Assembly: GCA_038065355.1 (NCBI GenBank)
Contig: JBBTRC010000010.1
Span: forward strand, 157,844-221,843
Reading direction: 5' to 3'
DNA from: Patescibacteria group bacterium
GTDB lineage: Bacteria > Patescibacteriota > Minisyncoccia > Phycocordibacterales > UBA918
Length of the DNA stretch: 64,000 nt
The translations under genes were made by a program, and so were the position numbers. The notes beneath the pieces were generated by a model. That model did no database searches, had not been told where the DNA came from, and was given only the letters and a program-made list of their open reading frames with translations. Below, one piece after another: positions 18,709-27,322 of the stretch (its first letter is position 1; every line of letters starts with the position of its first letter).

Positions 18709-18724
18709 TCGTTAGATAAAGAGT

Positions 18725-19264
18725 ATGGAAACAGTACAGACTCGCATGCAAAAAGCATTTGACGCACTCAAAGGCACTTTTGCGTATACAAACGTCAACC
18801 AAGTACCAAAGGTTGAGAAAATAATCGTATCGGTCGGCGTTGGCCGCGTCGAAGACAAAGCCAAGTTGGCACTGATCCAAGATCGTCTAGCGCGCATCAC
18901 CGGCCAAAAGCCGGCACCGCGTCCAGCCAAGCAATCAATTGCTTCGTTCAAGCTTCGTCAAGGCGACATCGTGGGCTACCAGGTGACCCTCCGCGGCGCT
19001 CGTATGCAGCATTTCTTGGATAAGCTCATTCACCTCGCCTTGCCGCAAACTCGCGACTTCCGCGGGCTCAAACTTTCGTCAATCGACGAGATGGGCAATT
19101 ACACCATGGGCATCAAGGAACATACCATTTTCCCAGAAACGGCTGACGAAGAAATTAAAGACGTGTTTGGCATGTCGATCACTATCGTGACGACCGCCAA
19201 AAACAAGACTGAATCAGAAGCCATTCTCCGCCACATTGGCTTGCCGCTACAAAAAGCTGAATAG
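18725..19264 (+). CDS. rplE: 50S ribosomal protein L5
   Basis: 179 aa L5 family. Confidence 0.95.
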   Translation: METVQTRMQKAFDALKGTFAYTNVNQVPKVEKIIVSVGVGRVEDKAKLALIQDRLARITGQKPAPRPAKQSIASFKLRQGDIVGYQVTLRGARMQHFLDKLIHLALPQTRDFRGLKLSSIDEMGNYTMGIKEHTIFPETADEEIKDVFGMSITIVTTAKNKTESEAILRHIGLPLQKAE

Positions 19265-19546
19265 CTTTTTAGAAAGCACACTGTTGTGCTTTCGGGTAGA
19301 GGCAAGAGGCGGAGTCATGTTTTTTGCTCATTTCCATAGAGCAAAAAACAGACGAGCTCGGGTGAGAAAGTGTTGGATACTTTCGCAAGACCTTTTGAGA
19401 TATTTTGAAGAATGAAAAATACCCAAAAGGTATACCGCTTCTGTAAGAAGGAAGTTCTTAATGAGCGTAGCGAATTTAGAAACTTGACCCTGCCGCTGCA
19501 GAAACCAACTGAATAGTTGGTTCTCAGACTTCAGAACAAAAGTCAC

Positions 19547-19581
19547 CACAAAACCAGCGACATGTGTCGCTGGTTTTGTGT
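19547..19581. terminator. 16 bp perfect hairpin (one of several) in the rplE-downstream gap
   Basis: cacaaaaccagcgaca tg tgtcgctggttttgtg. Further hairpins lie at 19270-19300 and 19318-19352. This region separates the converging + ribosomal unit and the - block. Confidence 0.6.
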
Positions 19582-19637
19582 AAAAGAAAACGCGCGCAGC
19601 TGTGGCTACGCGCGAGATATCATAAACTCAAATGGTG

Positions 19638-20366
19638 TTAGAACTTGAGCTTCTCTAGGTCTTGGAGCAGGTTTTCGAAACTGACGACGACCGGCTGTCC
19701 AAGTGCATAGGCAATGAACTTTTGGTCAACGCCGAGTGCTTCGACTTCTGGACAGCCAGCCAACCTTCCGGCTAAAGCGGGAGGTTTGTCGCTTCCCGGG
19801 TCGGTATACCAGCTAATTAACTGCTTGTCCGCCTCCCGGCCAATTTGTCGGTGAAACACCAGCAAATTGTTCGTCACAGCTGTACGTTCGTCTGGTTCGA
19901 GTACTGAGCCGGCTCGACCAATAAGAAACAACCCTAAGTACTGTCGGCGCAGGTGGTCTTCGATAGTGCGTCCGTCAAATACTTTTTCGCCGAGGATTCG
20001 CACTCCTTCGGAGTCAGCAGTTTCTCGCAAGACGTTGTTTAAGTAGTCATCAAGATTAAAAACATTCGCTACCGTTTTCTGTGCTTGAGACGGCAGCGTC
20101 GCATAGGCCGCTTTAATTTCTTTGATCAACTTAATCAGGTTTGGCAAGTCGACAAATTCACCATGCGCTAATTTCCAGGCGGCGACTGTAAAACTGTTTT
20201 CTGAAAACCCGAATCGATCTTGCAGATGTTTAAGGTCAGTGCCGAGTTCAGTAAGTGTTTTCTTGAGATCAAGCTTATTCTTCATAAGACGCTCGACCAT
20301 AGACTGTAACGCTAAAGCGCCAACAAACATTGCACCGGCCCGTAACAGAGGATAGATCGCGATCAT
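19638..20366 (-). CDS. hypothetical protein with an N-terminal hydrophobic segment (last gene of the minus-strand block)
   Basis: 242 aa; no family recognised. Confidence 0.55.
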   Translation of the reverse strand: MIAIYPLLRAGAMFVGALALQSMVERLMKNKLDLKKTLTELGTDLKHLQDRFGFSENSFTVAAWKLAHGEFVDLPNLIKLIKEIKAAYATLPSQAQKTVANVFNLDDYLNNVLRETADSEGVRILGEKVFDGRTIEDHLRRQYLGLFLIGRAGSVLEPDERTAVTNNLLVFHRQIGREADKQLISWYTDPGSDKPPALAGRLAGCPEVEALGVDQKFIAYALGQPVVVSFENLLQDLEKLKF

Positions 20367-20502
20367 GCACGCTCCTTTGTAAAGATCACTTCCGTACCAG
20401 TAAACAAGTTTTTAGAATAAAAGCAAGTTTTGCACAATATAGAAAAACGGCTCGCCTGGTAGGCGAGCCGTGAGTTAAGAACAAAGTTGTTAAAACGAAA
20501 TA

Positions 20503-22158
20503 TCATTCCCAGGTGTTACCCAGTCTTGACTGTAGCTCAGTCGGCCAGGCTTTTGATTGCAAGGGATCTACCCAGACAACCACTCCAGTACGAGCGTCGG
20601 TGATAGCAATTTCTGGTGTAGCGCCAGTGATAAATTCCATCGCCCCGACCTCTGACTCGGTCTGTTTGACGGCTACGACGGTTGTCATCCAGAAAAGTCG
20701 CTCCGTCACTTCACCCTTTCGATTCGAAAATTTACGAATGAAGGGACGGTGTTCGACTGGTCGGAAGCGAGTCCAGTCGTAATTTTTCTTCGACTCTTCT
20801 ACTTTTGGTCCGACTGTACTTACGCCAATTAACTTCGTGCCCCGAGTCGAATGTTGGTATTGGTATATCAGCCTCGAACCGTCAGCCGGAATGAATAAAC
20901 TGGTCGCGAGACCTTGTTTCTCCGGATCAAATGGTTCAAGCGCAAAGTAAGCATAGAGAGCCCCTATTTTTTCACCAGGCATTTTGAAGTGCAAAGTGAA
21001 TGGTTGAGGGTTGACGTCGTCAGGCAAATTAGGAATGCGCACATCTCCACTATGCACGCCAGGGAGTGGTCCAGTGAAGCCTTCTTGGAAGCGAAAGCTT
21101 TCCGCAACGAAACGGGTTACCTGTGGTGCGACCAGATTTTGGCCGCGCAGAAAGGTGTGTTTCGAAACGTTGCGGGGAGAGACGTATTCCCCACACCCAA
21201 TTAATGGACGCAACAGTTCTGTCCAGTGGGGCCGCTTACCTTCTTGACGCACAATTTGGACACCACCAAACTCCGGTCGAGGAAAAAATAAACCGCTCCA
21301 TTTAATGAGTGAGACGACCTGTATCCATTCGCCGGTGTCATCCTGCATGTACAGAATGTTGCTGGGCTCATGGTTTAAAAATCGCCAAGGGCCAAACGAA
21401 CGCAGAGTGCACGAGTGAAGATTGTTGGAGAACAACATCTCTTCGCCAGTGCGAAACCGCACTCGGATTGGATTAGTTCGTGAGAAGTCAGGAGACGGCG
21501 ATGTAGCCGGTATACTCATGATTTCTCCGACGGATCCAGTCATACGGCCAACGAACCGTGCCGGCTGTACCGCTATTGTCCAGACGTCTCCGTGTTTGGT
21601 ATGTACCAAGTCAGGAACCGTCGGTCGTAATTGACTTTCGTCCATTCGTTCACGAATGAGTGAGTGTACGGCGTTAAGTGGCAGTACTCGCTCGTTCGCA
21701 GTTGTTGGAAGTAATCGCAGATCAACAATCTCAAGTGTTTGATACTGTTGAAAAGATGCAATGTACCGGTTGACTGGCTCTAGTCTTGCTAGTGCCACCG
21801 AAGTCAAAAGCAGACAAACGAATGTGGCAGTACCACGAACACGAATTGTCTGTTTCCGGGTCGTAAACCAAGTGATGCCGGTCAGCACCATCACGGTTAG
21901 GATGGCGCCGAAATAAATCCGAACGCCATGGATGAATGGTTGATATGCCCATCGTATATGCAGCAAGACAAGCGGCACTACGATGAGCATAGTCTTCGTC
22001 AGCCGTGGATGCTTCTTGAAAACCGATTTAATACTTACCAGTGTGTGGTGAATGAACCATCCCACCGGCGAGCGTTCCTTGCTTGCCTTTTTGGCGACAA
22101 CAGGAGCAATCGGTTTTTCAGTTTTACTCATGTCGATTTCCTCCAGTAAATCGCTCAA
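20503..22158 (-). CDS. hypothetical membrane protein: 3 N-terminal TM helices plus a ~400 aa extracytoplasmic domain
   Basis: 551 aa. It overlaps the upstream gene by 35 nt, indicating translational coupling. Confidence 0.6.
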   Translation of the reverse strand: MSDLLEEIDMSKTEKPIAPVVAKKASKERSPVGWFIHHTLVSIKSVFKKHPRLTKTMLIVVPLVLLHIRWAYQPFIHGVRIYFGAILTVMVLTGITWFTTRKQTIRVRGTATFVCLLLTSVALARLEPVNRYIASFQQYQTLEIVDLRLLPTTANERVLPLNAVHSLIRERMDESQLRPTVPDLVHTKHGDVWTIAVQPARFVGRMTGSVGEIMSIPATSPSPDFSRTNPIRVRFRTGEEMLFSNNLHSCTLRSFGPWRFLNHEPSNILYMQDDTGEWIQVVSLIKWSGLFFPRPEFGGVQIVRQEGKRPHWTELLRPLIGCGEYVSPRNVSKHTFLRGQNLVAPQVTRFVAESFRFQEGFTGPLPGVHSGDVRIPNLPDDVNPQPFTLHFKMPGEKIGALYAYFALEPFDPEKQGLATSLFIPADGSRLIYQYQHSTRGTKLIGVSTVGPKVEESKKNYDWTRFRPVEHRPFIRKFSNRKGEVTERLFWMTTVVAVKQTESEVGAMEFITGATPEIAITDARTGVVVWVDPLQSKAWPTELQSRLGNTWE

Positions 22159-22813
22159 GCACTGCTCGAGGATCTTTTTGCGGCTGTTCTGGTGCTGACT
22201 CCTCCGAAGTCGCCGACGGAGTAAGTGTCTCTAGCGGCTTGTTGACGACAGGTTCAGGGGGTGAGCTGGTAAGCGCTTCGCGAGCGTCACGCAACTTTTC
22301 CCCAACGGCGTCACCGATTTTTTCCGTAACGTCTTTGGCGACGGCACCGGCCGCATTAGCAGCTCCTCTCGCAACTTGACCAGCCATTTCGCCAGCTAGC
22401 TGCTTGAGGGTAATTTCCTTACTCTCGACTTTGTCGAGTCGAGTCGCAACCTTGTCGAGAAGGAAGTCACCGAGACGGATAAATGGCGTGACTAGATAGA
22501 ATCCAGCGACCATAAAACCCGCTTCAAGTGCCCACATGATTATCTCGACAGTGAAATCAACTTCTTCTGCCCGCCAAACTACGTACGCGCTCTGAACAAA
22601 CGAGATAATCGACGCAAACCATAGCTTGCGTCGAGCTGGTTGTCCCACAATAAAACCTCGTCGATCACTTAGTGGTAACGGGTCTTTGTGAGTCATTCGA
22701 TGCAGCCAGCGACGCGTAGGGACGCCAAATTTGGTGTCCGCCATTGCCCAAATAATTCCTAACAAAAGGAACATAATGAGCAAGCCAAGGGCCTTTGAGA
22801 AACTTATCTCCAT
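22124..22813 (-). CDS. hypothetical membrane protein: 3 TM helices plus a C-terminal amphipathic Ala/Gly/Lys-rich region
   Basis: 229 aa. It starts 3 nt after the upstream gene's stop. Confidence 0.6.
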   Translation of the reverse strand: MEISFSKALGLLIMFLLLGIIWAMADTKFGVPTRRWLHRMTHKDPLPLSDRRGFIVGQPARRKLWFASIISFVQSAYVVWRAEEVDFTVEIIMWALEAGFMVAGFYLVTPFIRLGDFLLDKVATRLDKVESKEITLKQLAGEMAGQVARGAANAAGAVAKDVTEKIGDAVGEKLRDAREALTSSPPEPVVNKPLETLTPSATSEESAPEQPQKDPRAVLERFTGGNRHE

Positions 22814-22815
22814 GT

Positions 22816-24084
22816 TTACTTCCTTTCGGTGTAGGTTTTATCTGAGTTGTAACCGACGATTTGCTTACGAGCGACTGCTCGCATTGGCTTACTCCAGGTT
22901 TGGTAGCGGTCAAGAAAAAGATTCTTATCAACCGCGTAGAGACGCATGACGTCAACTGGCCACGCTTGCACGTGACAAATTAATCGCCACACTAAGTTTT
23001 CTTCATGTCGGGTAGAAGTGTTCACTGGATGTAGCAAGCATGCTTGCACTTCCGATGAAACTGTCGGCAAAACTTGATCTTCGGTAATCTTGACAGCAAA
23101 TTCTTCGAGTTCAGCGTACACGTCCACGAATGGATGTTTACACCGACTCAAAGCACCTTTAGCATGTCCGTCGGTCATTGTGTCGACCGGTATTTCAGGG
23201 TCGACCGTTGACAAGATGAAGAGACCAAGTGTGGCTAGACGTTCTTGCAGAACGTGCGGGTGTGTTTGGTACCAACGCACGTCAATGTCGGCGACACCGC
23301 TTTCACGAATACGTGACACAACGTTTGGGTCGCGCACATGTGTTGTATAGGGTACCAATTCTGCACCGGCCTTATCTACCAACTTTTCGTTTTCAACAAC
23401 GATGAGTGCCCGCTGTCGTTGGTGCCTAAAGACGTAAACCCCTCCGAGCGCGGCGGTATAGAAGTCGTCGAACTCAGAAAATGTAAAGTCGTCGATCACC
23501 AGCTGGCGATCGTATAATTTTCCATTTTCGTTGAGGTCTTTTATTATCTTTTTTCGTAGTCCCGTGTCCATCCAAGCGTCTGTATCTTCACGCATGAATT
23601 CACCGACGAGTTGCTTTTGTTGAATTGCTTTATCAGCTAGTGTTCCAGCATGCGACACTATCTTAATAGTCCGAAGACTTTCGACGTGTGTCAGTTTCCG
23701 ATACCACGTGACACGTTGATCAATTTCAAGTGCAATGCCGGTTTCTGCTGTCAGGTTGGCAATTGCTTCCCGATTTTTCTCAAAGTATCGCTGCATCATC
23801 AATCGATCAAACGAGTGGGCCGGCATGTAAATTGGCTGGTTCTCTTGGTTGATAGTGACGATTATTCCGCGCGGATTTGCTAAACCGTGCGAAAGATAAT
23901 AGCGATTTTGAAACTCATCGGCAATTTCCGGCGACCAACCAATCCCATCGATGTGGAAATGGTCGAGCGTTGTCGGTGTTAAACCGAGCTGTTCCATGCA
24001 TACACGATATCGTTTGATTGTTTCTGGTCGGTCGATGAGAATGAGTCCACCGCCAACCAGCGCCGTTCTTGTAAGCTCCCTCAT
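22816..24084 (-). CDS. hypothetical soluble protein, 422 aa
   Basis: No recognisable motif. It is tightly linked to the downstream membrane-protein genes. Confidence 0.6.
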   Translation of the reverse strand: MRELTRTALVGGGLILIDRPETIKRYRVCMEQLGLTPTTLDHFHIDGIGWSPEIADEFQNRYYLSHGLANPRGIIVTINQENQPIYMPAHSFDRLMMQRYFEKNREAIANLTAETGIALEIDQRVTWYRKLTHVESLRTIKIVSHAGTLADKAIQQKQLVGEFMREDTDAWMDTGLRKKIIKDLNENGKLYDRQLVIDDFTFSEFDDFYTAALGGVYVFRHQRQRALIVVENEKLVDKAGAELVPYTTHVRDPNVVSRIRESGVADIDVRWYQTHPHVLQERLATLGLFILSTVDPEIPVDTMTDGHAKGALSRCKHPFVDVYAELEEFAVKITEDQVLPTVSSEVQACLLHPVNTSTRHEENLVWRLICHVQAWPVDVMRLYAVDKNLFLDRYQTWSKPMRAVARKQIVGYNSDKTYTERK

Positions 24085-24152
24085 TGTTCATCTCCGAGTT
24101 AAGGGGTTGTGGGTGGTAAGTCGGGTGGCCATTAGCCACCCGACTCAGATTT

Positions 24153-26108
24153 TCAGAGCTCAGTCTTTTCTTGCTTCAGTTCCGTATGCGCTTTTAACTG
24201 CACACGAATTCTTTTTTTCTCCGCCTCGACCTCTCGCCGAAACTGCTTTTCAGCAATGGTGGCAAAAGCGTCAAGGTAACGAGACGTCTCTTGCACCCAG
24301 ACGTCCTGCATCTTGAGGGTGCCCATGTTCTGGTGCATAAGGTCTTTAAGCATCGCACGTTTTTGCTCGTAGTCACGGCGGAAAAACACTTCTGGCTTTT
24401 CCATCCATTCGTCAGGCGGATCGAAATCCACCATTCGGGCTGACACAGCTGATTGAATGTTGCGAACTTCTCGGGACGAGAAGCCGTCAAATTCTTTCTG
24501 TACCGATGCCGCCAATACCGCGAAAAACTTAAACTCAGTCACGGCATGCTGTTTCAGAACTCGGTCAAAAATATCTCGCATTGTCGAATGCTTGGGAGCA
24601 TCGTAATGTTCGAGACTTTGTGACAGACTGACCAGCTCAGCTTGCAGCGACATGTATTCGTAGTCTGTTGGATCAGTCATGTTGGCAGTAAATTCTGGCA
24701 CAGCGTCCCGAAAATGCTTCCACCACAAGCGATCTTGGTCGAGGAAGTCTTCCCAGCGCCGCGCTCCGTTAATGGGAAAGCGAGCTTGGTGCCTTGAAAG
24801 TACGGCTGGATCAATCTGTTCCGGTAAGTTGGTGAAGGTCTCAATGACTGATGACCCCCGCTGTATATACACCGCACCAGCCCCTTCGGTGCCGGTTAAG
24901 AACTGGCTGATGACTTCACGAACGCCGGCCGATACCCCCTGCTGCATAGTTCGGTCTTGGAGTACTTGCTCGGCATCGTCAATCGCACCATACACGATCC
25001 GTTTTGGATCATTGAATTTTCTGAACCAGGCGTGCATCCGTTCGGCTGATCCACCTTGGTAGGTCGAGATGACCGTACCGCCAAGCGGATGATAGTCAAA
25101 AGGTATGCCAATCATGGTACAGATGTCATGGAACAAGGTAGCGGTCGCCGCAATTTGCAACGACTTACCAGTTCCGGGCACGCCGTGGCCGAGACGAACG
25201 TTTTGAAACGACCCAGTTAGTTCACGGAACGGATTCCGCTGCATAATCGGATCGTAACAACACACTCGAAACACCATCCGACGGGCTTCGTGTTTCGCTT
25301 CGCGGTTTCCGACGATGGTGTCGAATGAAGTGCGAGTAAACTCCACCTTCGCGCTTTCGTCCCGCGTTTCCGCGGTGAAGCCGTGAATAGTGAACTCACT
25401 GCCTTCTAGTTGGTATGAACGCTCGGTAAACGGTTCCGCAAACATGATCGTGCTCTGCACGCTCTTGATGTCTTCGAGAACTTTCTCAAAGTACACCCGC
25501 GTGAGTTTCACAAATGCTTCCGGAGTTTTTTCCGTTAATCGTTCGAGTGATTCAACGTAAAAGTAGATAAGCGAGCGGAGTGAACCAGCTCGGTTACTGT
25601 AGTCCAAACGAGGCATATCGAAATCAGGTACCGACACGCTGTTAACGGCGTCGGTGTGATACGTCGATAGTTCCCATAGGATGTAGTATGCTGCCACAAA
25701 ACGAGTGACATGCGCCATCGTCTGGTTTTTCTTGTAGAATTCTACGCGCTCAGCTTCGCTGCTGAACCCGCCACTTCTTGTCTGTTGATTGTTTAAGATC
25801 TCGAGACCGGAAGCGTTTTTGTAGAGTTCCGCGATGTGAGTCCCAAGTTCAACACCCTGCTTCACGATGTGGAGCGTGTGATTGACCTTGTCCGCTAGCA
25901 ATTTGGACTCAATCGGCCCGAATGTTCGGGCAACATCGAGTGCCTTTTTGGTAGCAGTAATGTCTCTGGTACTGCCGGCCGCGTAACCGCGGTCGGCAGT
26001 ACGATGCTGCACCACTTGATCAACATTTTCAAGTAGATCAAGGGCGGTGCGTCCGTATCGCTGCAGGTCACTACGGGTGACCTGCAGCGGCGCTTCGTTA
26101 GATTGCAT
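24153..26108 (-). CDS. AAA+ ATPase (classical AAA clade) with a ~300 aa N-terminal domain of unknown function
   Basis: Walker A GVPGTGKS, Walker-B-like IVYGAIDDAEQ, and a second region of homology (TNLPEQIDPAVLSRHQARF) that aligns to the FtsH/Vps4-type SRH. The start is taken as the ATG at 26108 (MQSNEAPLQ), which is preceded by GGAGGT and lies 5 nt after the upstream stop. The longer ORF-track start would overlap the upstream gene by 173 nt. Confidence 0.7.
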   Translation of the reverse strand: MQSNEAPLQVTRSDLQRYGRTALDLLENVDQVVQHRTADRGYAAGSTRDITATKKALDVARTFGPIESKLLADKVNHTLHIVKQGVELGTHIAELYKNASGLEILNNQQTRSGGFSSEAERVEFYKKNQTMAHVTRFVAAYYILWELSTYHTDAVNSVSVPDFDMPRLDYSNRAGSLRSLIYFYVESLERLTEKTPEAFVKLTRVYFEKVLEDIKSVQSTIMFAEPFTERSYQLEGSEFTIHGFTAETRDESAKVEFTRTSFDTIVGNREAKHEARRMVFRVCCYDPIMQRNPFRELTGSFQNVRLGHGVPGTGKSLQIAATATLFHDICTMIGIPFDYHPLGGTVISTYQGGSAERMHAWFRKFNDPKRIVYGAIDDAEQVLQDRTMQQGVSAGVREVISQFLTGTEGAGAVYIQRGSSVIETFTNLPEQIDPAVLSRHQARFPINGARRWEDFLDQDRLWWKHFRDAVPEFTANMTDPTDYEYMSLQAELVSLSQSLEHYDAPKHSTMRDIFDRVLKQHAVTEFKFFAVLAASVQKEFDGFSSREVRNIQSAVSARMVDFDPPDEWMEKPEVFFRRDYEQKRAMLKDLMHQNMGTLKMQDVWVQETSRYLDAFATIAEKQFRREVEAEKKRIRVQLKAHTELKQEKTEL

Positions 26109-27243
26109 TAACGTAACCTCCGTTGGTATAAGTGATCTTGCGATCAGGGGTTGAAAGAAGTGCTTGAACGCGTTCTCCTTTTTCAGAGTGAGCAATTTGT
26201 GCCAATCGATGAGGCAGTAGCATAAAGCCTTGGCTGTATGTTGCTCCTCGCTCGATGGCGCGCTCGTCATTGCTGGTAAGGTCGAAGAGCTCGTATCGTT
26301 GTTTTTTTCCTAGTAAGGGTATGCCTGGCCCCACGGTTTTTTTTGACTGAACTTCGTCAAAGGAAAACCGCAACACCACATCCCCATCTTCAGCGAGTTC
26401 GGAGAAGAAAAAGTTAGCCGCCAACTCTTCTGGAGTAGGTGACTCATTTAGTCGAATGAGACGCTTCGTGAACAAACGATCGAGCATAATCTTCGTTAAC
26501 CGTTTGGGGTGAATGTAGGGAAGCGACCGATCGATGTCGTGCGCCACCAGGCTCACCGAAGGTGTGCGATGGCCGACCCGACGTATCACTTGCAATAAAG
26601 CGGCGAACGCCGGGCCTTTTTCATGCATTGGGTCAATTGCCTCGTGTACATCTTGAGTAAACTCAAGGATGTACACTGCCGGGCAATGGTCGTTTGATGA
26701 GTAACACGACCACCAGAACGTATACCTGCGTTCGTGGTGTTTCTTATCGCGTGGTGCGACGTCGTGATGACGAAGCTCACCGTTCACGACTGGTAGAGTC
26801 ATGTAACGTTGATCCAAAAGATCAAGATAGCGTCGCTCGCCAATTCGCCACAGTAAATCGGAGTCGTCGCCGCCCGTTTTAAGCGCTTGGTCCAGCCAAA
26901 CTTGCTTGTGAATTCGCGAATCTACCAACTGACGTTGGTGTTCATCGCGACTGATTAGATCGATCATTGTTCCTTCAATCTCTGAATGGTTGGGAAATCC
27001 ATTTAACCCAATACTGAGTGCTTCACCGGTAAGTGAGGCGTGGGTAAACGCATACTTCAGGTGCAACGCTGCGCCCGTGTAGGCTAGTCGCGCTGCGGTG
27101 TTCTTAAGAGCATTTTCTATCATCGTTCGCTCCGGATGACCGGGGATCAAGAGATCCGCCAGCTTCGGAAGAAGCGTTGAAATTGTCGAAAATGTCTTAA
27201 AGTACTCGTTGTACGTCGATCCAGTGTCGGATACATCTGACAT
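26098..27243 (-). CDS. hypothetical protein, 381 aa
   Basis: No recognisable domain. It is immediately upstream of, and probably coupled to, the AAA+ gene. Confidence 0.55.
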   Translation of the reverse strand: MSDVSDTGSTYNEYFKTFSTISTLLPKLADLLIPGHPERTMIENALKNTAARLAYTGAALHLKYAFTHASLTGEALSIGLNGFPNHSEIEGTMIDLISRDEHQRQLVDSRIHKQVWLDQALKTGGDDSDLLWRIGERRYLDLLDQRYMTLPVVNGELRHHDVAPRDKKHHERRYTFWWSCYSSNDHCPAVYILEFTQDVHEAIDPMHEKGPAFAALLQVIRRVGHRTPSVSLVAHDIDRSLPYIHPKRLTKIMLDRLFTKRLIRLNESPTPEELAANFFFSELAEDGDVVLRFSFDEVQSKKTVGPGIPLLGKKQRYELFDLTSNDERAIERGATYSQGFMLLPHRLAQIAHSEKGERVQALLSTPDRKITYTNGGYVNAI

Positions 27244-27261
27244 GGTCGATCTCCTTTCGAA

Positions 27262-27300
27262 GTTGTTGCAAGCTCAAAAATGGGGGTCATCGCAATGCAA
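27262..27300 (-). terminator. terminator after the coiled-coil gene (minus strand)
   Basis: The minus strand reads gggggtcat cgcaatgca atgacccccattttt. Confidence 0.65.
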
Positions 27301-27322
27301 TGACCCCCAGGGTGGCCTCGAA

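Noticed and set aside
26098-26270. 173 nt overlap between the 381 aa gene and the AAA+ gene as drawn in the ORF track.
   Set aside because: The overlap disappears if the AAA+ gene starts at the internal ATG 26108, which is preceded by GGAGGT and lies 5 nt after the upstream stop. The long overlap is treated as an ORF-extension artefact.
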